A stretch of DNA of 64,000 nt from an uncultured Ignavibacteriales bacterium (GCA_964520865.1 CAZFOY010000005.1:5737-69736), one strand, 5' to 3'; numbered from the stretch's first letter, positions 1 through 9,407 are shown. A program made the numbers and translations. Notes: generated by a model not told the origin, from the sequence alone.

Positions 1-1755
1 GACCTGAATCACACCCGAATCGGTGACGAGGGGCTGGCCCGGAAAGTTCGGATCAGGATTGGTCGACTCCCAGCCGTTGTACAGCCTGACGCCGTATCGT
101 CCGGCCGATGCCGCCGAATCGATCGACATCACCGCATACATAACGGCCGTCGTGTCTTCGACATTGACGACCGGTTCATTATTGAGACCGAACGCGACGA
201 CCCGGATCTCGCCCGGAGTCTGTCCGATATTATCGTACACGACATAATCGGGAATTCGCCCGGTCACCACGAATGAATCGACCGTGAAGAACAGGAAATT
301 ATAAGCGAGGTCAAACTGGATGCCGTAGACTGTTTTCGAAGTAACCAGATTGATCGGGAAGTAGATTCCTTCTTTGCCTCGCAAACCACCAACCGGATGC
401 TGTCCTTCGGCCGACGTTGAGAAGAGGCGATCGTATTCGATCGCTTTGACCGTGATCAAGACGGTAAGGGTATTGGAAGTCCCCCCCTTGTCATCGGTCG
501 CCTGGAATGTCGCGGCGAGAGTGCCGGATTGAGTGAAGTCCGGTGTGAAGCTAAACGTACCGGTCACCGAACCGGATCCGGTGACCTGATTGAAGGTCGC
601 GTTAGCAGGGAGCGAGGTGGCGTTGAGCGTGATTATATCGCCGGCGTCAACGTCGGTTGCCGTAACCGGGAAACTTACCGTCTCTCCCTGGCTTATAGTA
701 AATGGATTGCCGGACACCGCCTGTACCACCGGAGGATTATTGCCCGGAGTCGATCCTACCGTGACGGTCAAATCGACCGTCGACTGGGTCGTCCCGTTCG
801 ATGCCGTCAATCTATAGGTGGTCGTACTGGTGAGCGAAACGCTGGTATTCCCGGCCAGGGTGGTCGTTGAATACACCTGGGCACTGGTCGCGACATTCGT
901 GATTACGATCTGGGTGGCGTTCGATACATCCCACGACAGAGTCGTCTGACCGCCGCCTGCGGCCAAACTGGTAGGATTGGCCGTGAAGCTGTTAATGGTA
1001 GGATTCGCCGCGGCATTCGGATCGATTGTGACTATACCCGAACGAACCGAGAATCGAACGTCCCCTCCAATATCACCGGTCGGATCGCTGTATCGGTTGT
1101 ACTGACATCCGATCGCGAGCGGTGGAAAGACGGTCGTGTCGTAGAGCGTTTGTGAGTAGAACGACACAGTGGTCGAAGTTATTGAGCTTACCGAAGACGA
1201 CAATCGGAAGGGGAGCGAAAAGGCCGTCCCGGCCCCGGAATCTATTGCCGAATATCCGAAATTGATCGGATACATGTATAGAAGTATCCGCTTGTGGTTC
1301 GGGAGAGTGGGTTTCGTATCGTAGTTATCGGCTACGAGCAACACGTACTCCGGACTGAACTGCGAAAGCGGTTTGAGCCTCCCGCCGTTCGGATCATACT
1401 GGTAAAACGTATTGTAATTCGTATCAATGATAGAGTAATACGTAGTGTCCCAGGGGGTCACGGAAGAATCGATAACGTCGACATAATAGGATGTGTCGAT
1501 AGTAGTATCCGTAATCGGGTTAGTCAGGCTGAGCATCGTGCTGTCGAAATCCACGTACAGCTGCATCGCCGATACATCCTTTTCGTTCGTCATATAGATC
1601 GGCACGCTCACTGAGTCGCCCGGTCGTCCGGTCGTCGCCGTGACCCGGACCGTATCGGCTGGCGAAGGCGAGGGACCGCAGTCCTGTCCTCGTGAAACTG
1701 TAGTAAATATCAATGTAATCGCGAGACCCAGTAGCGCTGTCTTTAAGAGCCTCAT
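1..1755 (-). CDS. Secreted multi-module surface protein, N-terminal 585 aa only (C-terminus lies upstream of the window): signal peptide, cohesin-like module, Ig/cadherin-like repeats, second cohesin-like module
   Basis: Absent from the ORF track, apparently because it has no in-window stop. Hand check found no TTA/CTA/TCA at positions congruent to 1 mod 3 between 1 and 1755. ATG at 1755-1753 has GGAGG 6 nt upstream. N-terminus MRLLKTALLGLAITLIFTTVSRGQD is signal-like. GDSVSVPIYMTNEKDVSAMQLYVDFDSTML has the cohesin-like pattern. The last visible segment, ...GEIRVVAFGLNNEPV...GRYGVRLYNGWESTNPDPNFPGQPLVTDSGVIQV, looks like a second one. Confidence 0.75.
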   Translation of the reverse strand, partial: MRLLKTALLGLAITLIFTTVSRGQDCGPSPSPADTVRVTATTGRPGDSVSVPIYMTNEKDVSAMQLYVDFDSTMLSLTNPITDTTIDTSYYVDVIDSSVTPWDTTYYSIIDTNYNTFYQYDPNGGRLKPLSQFSPEYVLLVADNYDTKPTLPNHKRILLYMYPINFGYSAIDSGAGTAFSLPFRLSSSVSSITSTTVSFYSQTLYDTTVFPPLAIGCQYNRYSDPTGDIGGDVRFSVRSGIVTIDPNAAANPTINSFTANPTSLAAGGGQTTLSWDVSNATQIVITNVATSAQVYSTTTLAGNTSVSLTSTTTYRLTASNGTTQSTVDLTVTVGSTPGNNPPVVQAVSGNPFTISQGETVSFPVTATDVDAGDIITLNATSLPANATFNQVTGSGSVTGTFSFTPDFTQSGTLAATFQATDDKGGTSNTLTVLITVKAIEYDRLFSTSAEGQHPVGGLRGKEGIYFPINLVTSKTVYGIQFDLAYNFLFFTVDSFVVTGRIPDYVVYDNIGQTPGEIRVVAFGLNNEPVVNVEDTTAVMYAVMSIDSAASAGRYGVRLYNGWESTNPDPNFPGQPLVTDSGVIQV

Positions 1756-1807
1756 CTATACCTCCGTACTTCACGCATATCTTATTCCTTCACTACTTTC
1801 CCGCCGA

Positions 1808-4273
1808 TCACTTCAGGAGCATCATCTTCCTGGTCGACTGTCCGAAATCGGTTTCGATACGGTACAAATAGACGCCCGAGGCAACCGAGTTACCGCGATC
1901 GTCCTTACCGTCCCACACAACCGAGTGCACACCCGCCGGCAGGTTATCATTTATCAGTATGGAAACTTGTTTTCCGAGTACATTGTAAATCGTGAGCGCA
2001 ACCCGGCTGTTCGACGGCAGTTCGAAATCGATCCGCGTCTCCGGGTTGAACGGATTCGGGTAGTTCTGATGCAGGGTGAAGCTCGAAGGCAGCGAAGCAT
2101 CCTTCGCCAGTGTCGTGGCCATATCCTGACCATCGGCGCTGGCCATGCTCACCGAAGAAACAGCCACATCCTGCAATCCGGTCAGTCTGATCAGCGAGCT
2201 GGATCCGGATGGGAGCGTCTCGCCGTCGAGGCTGTACAGGAGCACCCGAACCTGATCGCCGTCGCGATCGTAGTCGACCGTCATGTTGCCGGTCAGATTT
2301 TCTATATTGTCCGCTCCGAAATCTTCGGAGGTCCGTAAGTTCAGTAAAACCGCGCCAACGGCACAGCCGGACCTGGTCATGACTTCCATCCCATTCCCAT
2401 GAGTCTCCGTACTGATTGACGCGGTCAAGTCTTCGCCTGATAAGGTCTTGGGGCTCGGAGTCGTCCCTGATATGACAATATTAATGAGGGAGACCAGATC
2501 CCCGATCGTCCCGCCTACATTGTCATGATTGACATCCGAATTGGCGCGCTGAAGCGGATTCAGCGGATATTTGATCGGATTCATGAAGAAATTCGTAAAG
2601 TAAATGACATCGCTGATCTCATAAGCCACTCCGTTGAGATTGATGTCGCCGACATTGATTTGTCCCAGGGAGAGTATGTTCACGAACCCGTTGTTGTACG
2701 TAATCGCCGTCTGCGGAATCTTGACGCCGGCTGAATCGGTCATGGTATTGTCGTTGAGCGTGCTGAAATCGAGGAACTGGAAATTTATCGGCGCATACAT
2801 GCCGCTCAGGCTGAGATCCGATGAGAGCGTGTAGCTTATCGTGGCGATCGCGCCGTCTCCCGCGCTCAAAGCGGCAGGCGTTCCGGACATATTCTCGACT
2901 CCCTTGATCCGCACATTGCCCGCAACACTGTTTTCGTCGAGCGTCGTGACGAAATACTCGAATCCGGCGCTGCGTGTCTGCTCATTCGTGATGTTGGTCA
3001 GCAACAGAGCCGACTTGTCGTAGTTGAACAGAATATCGAAAGAGTGCACCGGTAGCTTGTTGTCGAGCAGAAGATGATATTTGATCCTGTTTCCGGGATA
3101 GGCACTCACGGTGTCGAGGCTCAGCGTATATACCGAGGTCGGATTCAAGCGGATCTTCGAATCACTCGTATCGGCGTATCCCTGCGGATCGCTGGCAACG
3201 AACATAATATTGTAGATGCCGGTGTCCGCAAGCGAAGTATGCCAGCTGAGACGTCCCGGGTTGGCGTTATCGAAACTTGCTCCCGGAGGCAGCTCGCCAA
3301 CTTTCCAATGGATCGGCTCAAAATCAGGATCTTCGGCGGTGACTGAGAAGTCGACCATATCGCCGGACTCCGCTACGACAGAGTCGGCCACGGTTATGAC
3401 CGGCCGACGGTTCTTGTTCACCACCGCCACCGATACCGGAGCCTTGACCTGGGTATGGCCGTCGCTGGCCAGCAGGGTGAAGTTGAACGGCGATCCGTCA
3501 GACGAATACGGTCCGACAAAGTCCGGCTTCCACCTGAGCACCGCCGTGCCATCGTGATTGTCCTTGAAATAGACTCCGCTGGGGGCGTTCGAACAACTGA
3601 TTGTCAGGTTGTCACCGTCCGGATCCTTGGCCTTGAAATTCATTACAAGGCTGTCCCCCTCGAACAGGCGCTGCTCCGCAATCGGCTCGATCACCGGAGC
3701 CTGATTGGCGGCCACGACCGTCACTTTTCCAGCGACAAAAGCCGGCTTGATCGCGCGAGCGGTGGAGTTTTCGACGAAAAGCACCTGACCGCCGGGGGGA
3801 TAGAAAGCACTGTCGATCGTGCTGACCGTCCCGGTAGCAGCAGTCTTGGCAACGCCGAATACCACACTGCAGACCTGGCCGGTGCCCGGAGCGATCGGTT
3901 CCTCGAGAATGGTGAAAAACGTGACGAGGAATTTCCCCGAAGCAGTAGATGGATCTGACGGATTTATCAGTTTGTTGGCAATATAGGAACCCCGTGATTC
4001 GCTGAAGCTGATTGATTTCAGCTTAAGGACCGAAGTATCGTAGGCGATCGGTATTGACAGCGAGCTCACCGGTTCGTCATTCTCCATGTTGATTTTCACC
4101 ACTACATCCTGCCCGGGAGCAGCTGTGACTGAGTCGAGGTACAATCGGTCGAGCTGACCGAACGGGTCAGACTGGGCCGAGACCGAAAAGGGCAGACTCA
4201 GGATCAGTAAAACAGCGTAGAGTACTGCAAAGTACTTTATTGTTAAGTTCTTTGGTTCTCGTAAGTATACCAT
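1808..4273 (-). CDS. Secreted cohesin-like / cadherin-like x2 / cohesin-like / dockerin-like protein with T9SS C-terminal sorting domain
   Basis: ORF track 1808..4312. I prefer the ATG at 4273 (MVYLREPKNLTIKYFAVLYAVLLILSLPFSVSAQ, signal peptide) over the TTG at 4312. Cohesin-like: VTAAPGQDVVVKINMENDEPVSSLSIPIAYDTSVLKLKSISF. Dockerin-like two-repeat segment: DINLNGVAYEISDVIYF...DVNHDNVGGTIGDLVSLINIV. C-terminus: FTLHQNYPNPFNPETRIDFELP...GVYLYRIETDFGQSTRKMMLLK (T9SS type A CTD pattern). Confidence 0.88.
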   Translation of the reverse strand: MVYLREPKNLTIKYFAVLYAVLLILSLPFSVSAQSDPFGQLDRLYLDSVTAAPGQDVVVKINMENDEPVSSLSIPIAYDTSVLKLKSISFSESRGSYIANKLINPSDPSTASGKFLVTFFTILEEPIAPGTGQVCSVVFGVAKTAATGTVSTIDSAFYPPGGQVLFVENSTARAIKPAFVAGKVTVVAANQAPVIEPIAEQRLFEGDSLVMNFKAKDPDGDNLTISCSNAPSGVYFKDNHDGTAVLRWKPDFVGPYSSDGSPFNFTLLASDGHTQVKAPVSVAVVNKNRRPVITVADSVVAESGDMVDFSVTAEDPDFEPIHWKVGELPPGASFDNANPGRLSWHTSLADTGIYNIMFVASDPQGYADTSDSKIRLNPTSVYTLSLDTVSAYPGNRIKYHLLLDNKLPVHSFDILFNYDKSALLLTNITNEQTRSAGFEYFVTTLDENSVAGNVRIKGVENMSGTPAALSAGDGAIATISYTLSSDLSLSGMYAPINFQFLDFSTLNDNTMTDSAGVKIPQTAITYNNGFVNILSLGQINVGDINLNGVAYEISDVIYFTNFFMNPIKYPLNPLQRANSDVNHDNVGGTIGDLVSLINIVISGTTPSPKTLSGEDLTASISTETHGNGMEVMTRSGCAVGAVLLNLRTSEDFGADNIENLTGNMTVDYDRDGDQVRVLLYSLDGETLPSGSSSLIRLTGLQDVAVSSVSMASADGQDMATTLAKDASLPSSFTLHQNYPNPFNPETRIDFELPSNSRVALTIYNVLGKQVSILINDNLPAGVHSVVWDGKDDRGNSVASGVYLYRIETDFGQSTRKMMLLK

Positions 4274-4731
4274 GACAGACTCTTCTCGTGCAATTCCCAG
4301 ACCAATAGCCAACTTTCTTTGAGCAGACTCCAGCCGACCGCACAGGCGATCATCCTTGCTCGAAGCTACTCTGTCTGTAACCGTTAAATCCGTTTAATGG
4401 TCTGTATAATAGTGACTTACACGTCCACAACGTAGTCGATACCAATCAGGCTATGACATTCCCCCCGTTGATTGGAACGCGAAGTGAGAAGAGAGAGAGA
4501 TAGTATGTTGAGAACTTCGAAGTCGAACTATGCAATCCCGCAACACGGTGCATAACAGTCAAATTTCTTGGAAAGGCTTCCTTAATCCTTTCGCTGGCGA
4601 CCTCGCGAAGAAACATCCTGTTTCCTGTCAAGTTATCGTGGGTCATTTTGTAGTTCCGGGATTCAGCATGTTAACTACTTATCTACCAAATTCTTAACAA
4701 TCAAGTGCCCGCTCGTGGCGGGGTAAGTAAT

Positions 4732-4761
4732 CCCCGGAAAGGGGGTTAACCCTTTCCGGGG
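4732..4761 (-). terminator. Perfect 12-bp-stem hairpin 20 nt downstream of the 4781..7369 gene (candidate intrinsic terminator)
   Basis: ccccggaaaggg (4732-4743), loop ggttaa, ccctttccgggg (4750-4761). The trailing sequence on the minus strand is ATTACTTACCC, only weakly U-rich. Confidence 0.5.
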
Positions 4762-4780
4762 TAAAAGTAAACCGATCAGG

Positions 4781-7369
4781 TTACTTCAGGAGGACCATCT
4801 TCTTGGTTTCGCTGAAGTTGTTGGCAGTCAACTTGTAGAAGTAGACGCCGGAAGCCTGAGCGGAAGCATCCCAACTGAATGAGTGCTCACCAGCTTCGAA
4901 CGAACCGTCGAAGGTCTTGACCAGCTGACCAGCTATGTTGTAGATGGACAGGCTGACCTGAGCCTTGACCGGCAGGCTGAAGCCGATGGTGGTCGTCGGG
5001 TTGAACGGGTTCGGGTAGTTCTGAGCCAGGCTGAAGTTAGCCGGGAGCAGTTTCGCGTTAACCGTCGCACCGTCGACCGAAGCGAACTCGGAGCTAATGA
5101 CGTTGCCATTGGCACTGAGGACGTTACCGTTGAAGGTGTTACCTTCCATGCTGAAGACCAGAGCGTGAGTCACGTTGGCTTCGCGATCGAAGGCATACTT
5201 CAGTTCCATGTTATCCGCATGGAGTACCGGGGTGACATCACCCTGGTAGGTCACGAGAGCGGCACCAACCGTACCGTTGACCACGACATTGCCGCCGTCA
5301 GCAGTATAGGTGATCGACGCCGGGGCGAGCTTCGGATAAGGAAGCGCGTCACCCTGGATGACACGAATCAGGTAGACCAGGTCGGCAACCGACAGGGTAA
5401 GACCGTCATTGTTGACATCGGTGGCGGCAATCTGTCCCTGGAGATTGATGTGGAAAACACCAATACCATAGACAAAATAGTTGGAGAAGAGAACCGCATC
5501 CGCGATTTCATACTTCACGTTGTTCAGGTTGATATCACCACGAGCGTCGATCGAGTCGGAGCAAGCGATGTTGATGCAACCGTTCTGGAAGCTGACCGCG
5601 GGATACGCAGTCTTCGCGCCGGAACCGCAAGTACCATCCTGCGGACCCTGGTAGGTCGGATAACCGACGGTACCGTCGATGATGTCAATACCGTTCGGCG
5701 GGTTTAGCGAAGCATCGCCGGTATAAATATGCTCGGCGATAAGCAGGCTGTCACCAGAGGCGGTGGAAAGGGCATTGTCGCCGCAATCCAGCCAGAAGAA
5801 CCGAATCGGAATGACCTGGCACTGGAAGGTGCGGTCGTTGGTAACCAGGAAGTCGAGATTGAACAGCGTGGACGGTTTCGGATCAGCCTCGAAGCAGGAC
5901 GGATGATTCGGACCATTGTTCGTCTCGGCAATCGCAGTCACACGGAGCAAGCCACTCGGGCAGGAGCCGGAGCAGTTACCATCGGCGCCGTAACGATAGG
6001 TGAAATATTCCCATCCGCAACCAGCCGGACCCCAATCGTCACCGATGGAGGCGGTCTGGAAGGACAGCGCAGAGTTATCATAAGCGATCAGCATGTCGTA
6101 ACCACCGATCGGACCACCCTGGGCGGCCAACTGGACCGGAACGATTACGTGCTGACCCTGGAAGACAAAGTTGCCGGACTGGTCGCCAACGCAAGGAATA
6201 ACGACCTGATACTGCGAACCAATGATGACTGTCACGTCGAATGTGCAAGTCGACGACAGATTGCCATCAGAGCCTTCGACAGTGATCGGCCAGGTGCCAC
6301 CGGTCTGACCGGCGTTGAGATGGATAGTTCCATTCGGATCAACGGTAACCGCGTTTCCAGCATCTGCGGCTAAGAAAGCAGCGGCATCACTCAGCGTGAA
6401 GGTAACCGGATCGCAATCGTCGGTAGCCGTAGCGCTGACTGTTGCGCCAGTGCCGTTGGACATGCTGACGTCACCCGGGCAGGTCACAACCGGAGCTTCG
6501 TTGGTGAAGTTCAGGTTGACTGTCGAAACTGCGGAGTTGCAACCGGCACCGGTAGCAACGATATCAACGCTTACAGAAGCACCGACATCAGCCAGGGTGG
6601 GCGAGTAGGACCACACACCGTTGGCGTCGATGGTACCGATAGAGGCCGTCCAGCCCGTGATCGGGTTCGGCGGAGTCTGCGGCGTGACTTCATGAGCGTC
6701 GAAATCAAAAGTCATGACATCGCAGTGGCTTCCGGTAAGGGAAGTCGGAGCATTGTCGATGACCGGGGGCTGGCACGGAGGAACGCCTGCGATATAGCAG
6801 TACGGGCCGCCCCATTCCGGAGCTTCACTGGGGTTTCCACCACCGGGAGCCCAAACCCAAGCATGGTTCGGCTTGGCCCAGGTGGAGTCGATACAAAGAG
6901 TCTCGCCTTCGGCAATGTTACCGGTGGCGATAGTCACTGAAGGAGCATCAAAACCGATCGGAAGACCATAACCGGTGCTTTTTGCACCGCCGACGCCGAC
7001 CGTGTCAGCACCAGCGCCGTCGTTGGCGCCGTAGCCGCTCGTGAAAGCAAAGATCAGCGCGAAGTGGTCGCCGGTTGTCCAGCCACCGCCGTCGGAACCT
7101 GGCCAGGGAAGAGTATCAATCACGGGAATCGTGAATGAACCGCCACCCATGGTGTAGACTTTCCAGGCGTTGTCAATACCACCGATCGTGTAAGGACGAT
7201 CGTTGGTATAACGCATCGTGAAGACCACCGGCGCGCCCGCGATAATCGAATCCGGGGTGCCGTAGGTGCTCGTCACGTTGTCTACTGAGATGCTCACGGC
7301 ATTGGCAAGCCCAAATGAAACGACTAAAGATGCCAGTACCAGGAAAAATGAAATACGTTTCATTTTCAT
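4781..7369 (-). CDS. Secreted Ig-like / cohesin-like / dockerin-like protein with T9SS C-terminal sorting domain
   Basis: MKMKRISFFLVLASLVVSFGLANA signal peptide, with AGGAG upstream (start may be the second ATG at 7363). Cohesin-like: QYQVVIPCVGDQSGNFVFQGQHVIVPVQLAAQGGPIGGYDMLIAYDNSALSF. Dockerin-like: DINLNNVKYEIADAVLF...DVNNDGLTLSVADLVYLIRVI (about nt 5345-5545). CTD: FSLAQNYPNPFNPTTTIGFSLP...GVYFYKLTANNFSETKKMVLLK. Confidence 0.9.
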   Translation of the reverse strand: MKMKRISFFLVLASLVVSFGLANAVSISVDNVTSTYGTPDSIIAGAPVVFTMRYTNDRPYTIGGIDNAWKVYTMGGGSFTIPVIDTLPWPGSDGGGWTTGDHFALIFAFTSGYGANDGAGADTVGVGGAKSTGYGLPIGFDAPSVTIATGNIAEGETLCIDSTWAKPNHAWVWAPGGGNPSEAPEWGGPYCYIAGVPPCQPPVIDNAPTSLTGSHCDVMTFDFDAHEVTPQTPPNPITGWTASIGTIDANGVWSYSPTLADVGASVSVDIVATGAGCNSAVSTVNLNFTNEAPVVTCPGDVSMSNGTGATVSATATDDCDPVTFTLSDAAAFLAADAGNAVTVDPNGTIHLNAGQTGGTWPITVEGSDGNLSSTCTFDVTVIIGSQYQVVIPCVGDQSGNFVFQGQHVIVPVQLAAQGGPIGGYDMLIAYDNSALSFQTASIGDDWGPAGCGWEYFTYRYGADGNCSGSCPSGLLRVTAIAETNNGPNHPSCFEADPKPSTLFNLDFLVTNDRTFQCQVIPIRFFWLDCGDNALSTASGDSLLIAEHIYTGDASLNPPNGIDIIDGTVGYPTYQGPQDGTCGSGAKTAYPAVSFQNGCINIACSDSIDARGDINLNNVKYEIADAVLFSNYFVYGIGVFHINLQGQIAATDVNNDGLTLSVADLVYLIRVIQGDALPYPKLAPASITYTADGGNVVVNGTVGAALVTYQGDVTPVLHADNMELKYAFDREANVTHALVFSMEGNTFNGNVLSANGNVISSEFASVDGATVNAKLLPANFSLAQNYPNPFNPTTTIGFSLPVKAQVSLSIYNIAGQLVKTFDGSFEAGEHSFSWDASAQASGVYFYKLTANNFSETKKMVLLK

Positions 7370-7688
7370 CTCCTAATTACTTCGTTATCAAATATTGATG
7401 TAACTTTGACGGCTAACTTCAGACTCTTTTCCCCCTCATTGTCGTGGTGAATCGTCCGTGGGCGAGAGCCAACAAGCCTCGGGAAAATTTCGTACGACCA
7501 GGTTAAGAGCGAGTTAACAGTCCGTTCATTTGAGCGCGCGTTATTCACCCTTCTTTTAAACGTCCTCCTTTCCACTTTTTTGTCGTTAACAGGTTTTGTC
7601 GCTTACAGGCGACACTTCTTCTTGTTTATTCTCACTATTTTCAATTCGAGCAGTATTTTCGACGTGTAAAATGTGCGTTAATCGTCCG

Positions 7689-8630
7689 TCACATACAGTT
7701 ATTGGGACAGATGGCCGCACCGACGCCAAACATATAGTCGACCATCGCAATCACATCGCTGATATCCACCGTACCATCGCAGTTCACATCCCCGCTCAGG
7801 AACGGATCGGGGGCCGGCCCGGAGCCGAACATATATTCAACGAGATAGATCAAATCGCTGATGTCGACATTCTGGCCGGCATCACCGTCGATATTTCCAC
7901 AGGTATAGGCCGGCGGCTCCAGCACCGTGAGCGAACCATCATACACCTTCACATGAGCAGTATCCAGAACGGCAACCTGGATCGTGTCAATGCTCGTGGA
8001 ATCGCACGGTCCAAATGTGACGTGCACCCAGTTGACGCAAACATCCCCTATCCAGCCCTCACACAGATAGCAGTTGGTGTCGGGACGGTTCTCCTGAATC
8101 CAGGGGATGGAGGTTCCATCGGGGCGTGAGAGACTGAAATGGTCCTTGAAATCGGTCTGAACCAGGATATTCACGGTTCGTCGGGTGGTCGTGTCGGGCA
8201 TGTCCATCACATTGGCGAGAACTTTGATCAGCAGACCGCCCTGTTGTGGGGCTATGCCGCCGGGGCTGGCGAGATAGTGGGCGAGTCCGAATATATTCAA
8301 ATCACGGTTGGTACCTGAAATCGATGTCCCGCGGACGATATCCCATCCTCCGCAGAGGGTGCCTACAGTGTCGAGCAAGGTGTCGAGGGTCATAATGTCG
8401 GGAACGTCGAGCTGGAGCCAGAGATTGAACGCGGCTACCGTGTCGACCAGATTATCCAGATATATTGCTATGATCGAACCCTGCGTGCCGGAGGGCGCGG
8501 TCGTATCGGACACTTTTACAACTATATTCGGTATGCCGGCATGTGCGGGAGCCGAAAACGCCACAAGCGAAATCAGCACAACGAAGAAAACGAGAGAAAC
8601 GGTTTTAAGGGACGTACGGCAGAAAGTCAT
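7689..8630 (-). CDS. Secreted cohesin-like + C-terminal dockerin-like protein without T9SS sorting domain
   Basis: ORF track 7689..8681. The ATG at 8630 has AGGAGGAG 4-5 nt upstream and gives MTFCRTSLKTVSLVFFVVLISLVAFSAPAHA. Cohesin-like: IVVKVSDTTAPSGTQGSIIAIYLDNLVDTVAAFNLWLQLD. Dockerin-like: NIDGDAGQNVDISDLIYLVEYMF...DVNCDGTVDISDVIAMVDYMF. The protein ends ICPNNCM with no QNYPNPFNP-type tail. Confidence 0.85.
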   Translation of the reverse strand: MTFCRTSLKTVSLVFFVVLISLVAFSAPAHAGIPNIVVKVSDTTAPSGTQGSIIAIYLDNLVDTVAAFNLWLQLDVPDIMTLDTLLDTVGTLCGGWDIVRGTSISGTNRDLNIFGLAHYLASPGGIAPQQGGLLIKVLANVMDMPDTTTRRTVNILVQTDFKDHFSLSRPDGTSIPWIQENRPDTNCYLCEGWIGDVCVNWVHVTFGPCDSTSIDTIQVAVLDTAHVKVYDGSLTVLEPPAYTCGNIDGDAGQNVDISDLIYLVEYMFGSGPAPDPFLSGDVNCDGTVDISDVIAMVDYMFGVGAAICPNNCM

Positions 8631-9407
8631 AATCTCCTCCTGAAGGATCCGAGATGTTTTCAATATCAATCCCTTAGCCAAGCCTCTATAACATACTCCT
8701 GCGATAGACAGCGTCTATACAATACACGTAACGATGAAGTTTTTTGATTTTTAGCTTATTAGCTGTTGTACCAACTGTGTACCTGCTTGTAAATCTTAAG
8801 CCGCCCCCACAGCGGTCTTAAGAAAGAAGTATTTACAAAGACAGAGTTGCTCGGAAAGAGGTGACCCACGCGGGGTCAGTGTTGTTAAACTTTCTGGGTA
8901 GTGAACCTATCATCCGAGCAGAATATATGGCCTAAGGGTCCGATTGTCAATAGAAAAAAGGCAGTTTATTTCGCGGACTCCTGCCAGCGAAGATGTCATT
9001 CCTCCACGATTCGTATTAAAGAAGATCGCTTCGCACACATCCCCGTGTCGGCCGTTGTCAACCGGTGCGGTGCGCGAAGTCGTACTTGCTCCTTCAGCCT
9101 GTCCTGCAAGCAATATGCCGATTTGACCTGAACGCCCGGGAGTAATGTCGATGCGTCGGTCAATCTCCTCTGAGGTAACTGCTTGGCTGCCATCGCAAGC
9201 CGTAAAAGGGCGATTGAGTAAACCGACAAAGATGGAAACGATTCCGAGAGGTGCAGCTCTCAATGTGCAGGCTGATACACAATACGGTCGGACCTTCGAC
9301 GAGGACAATAAGAAGCGGTCTGCAAACTGTTCGAATTTTGCACATGCCGGAGACGGTCAGGCCGGATTTTCCTGCAAATTACGCCCCGGTTTTTTAGTTT
9401 GACATTC

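Noticed and set aside
1640-7000. Many 60-270-aa plus-strand ORFs (for example 1640-2338, 3455-3958, 4883-5707, 5729-6373).
   Set aside because: All lie antisense to the long, well-supported surface-protein genes. They are Arg/Gly/Val-rich with no domain features.
8880-9400. Possible RNase P RNA or tmRNA on the minus strand. GAAGGTCCGA near 9287-9296 and TCGGACCCTT near 8933-8942 are complementary across about 350 nt, reminiscent of the P4 helix.
   Set aside because: The universally conserved GGAAAGUCC and ACAGAA-CCGGCUUA blocks, the J11/12 GGUAAGAGC region, and any tRNA-like CCA end or tag ORF are all absent. A 7-bp complement at that distance is expected by chance.
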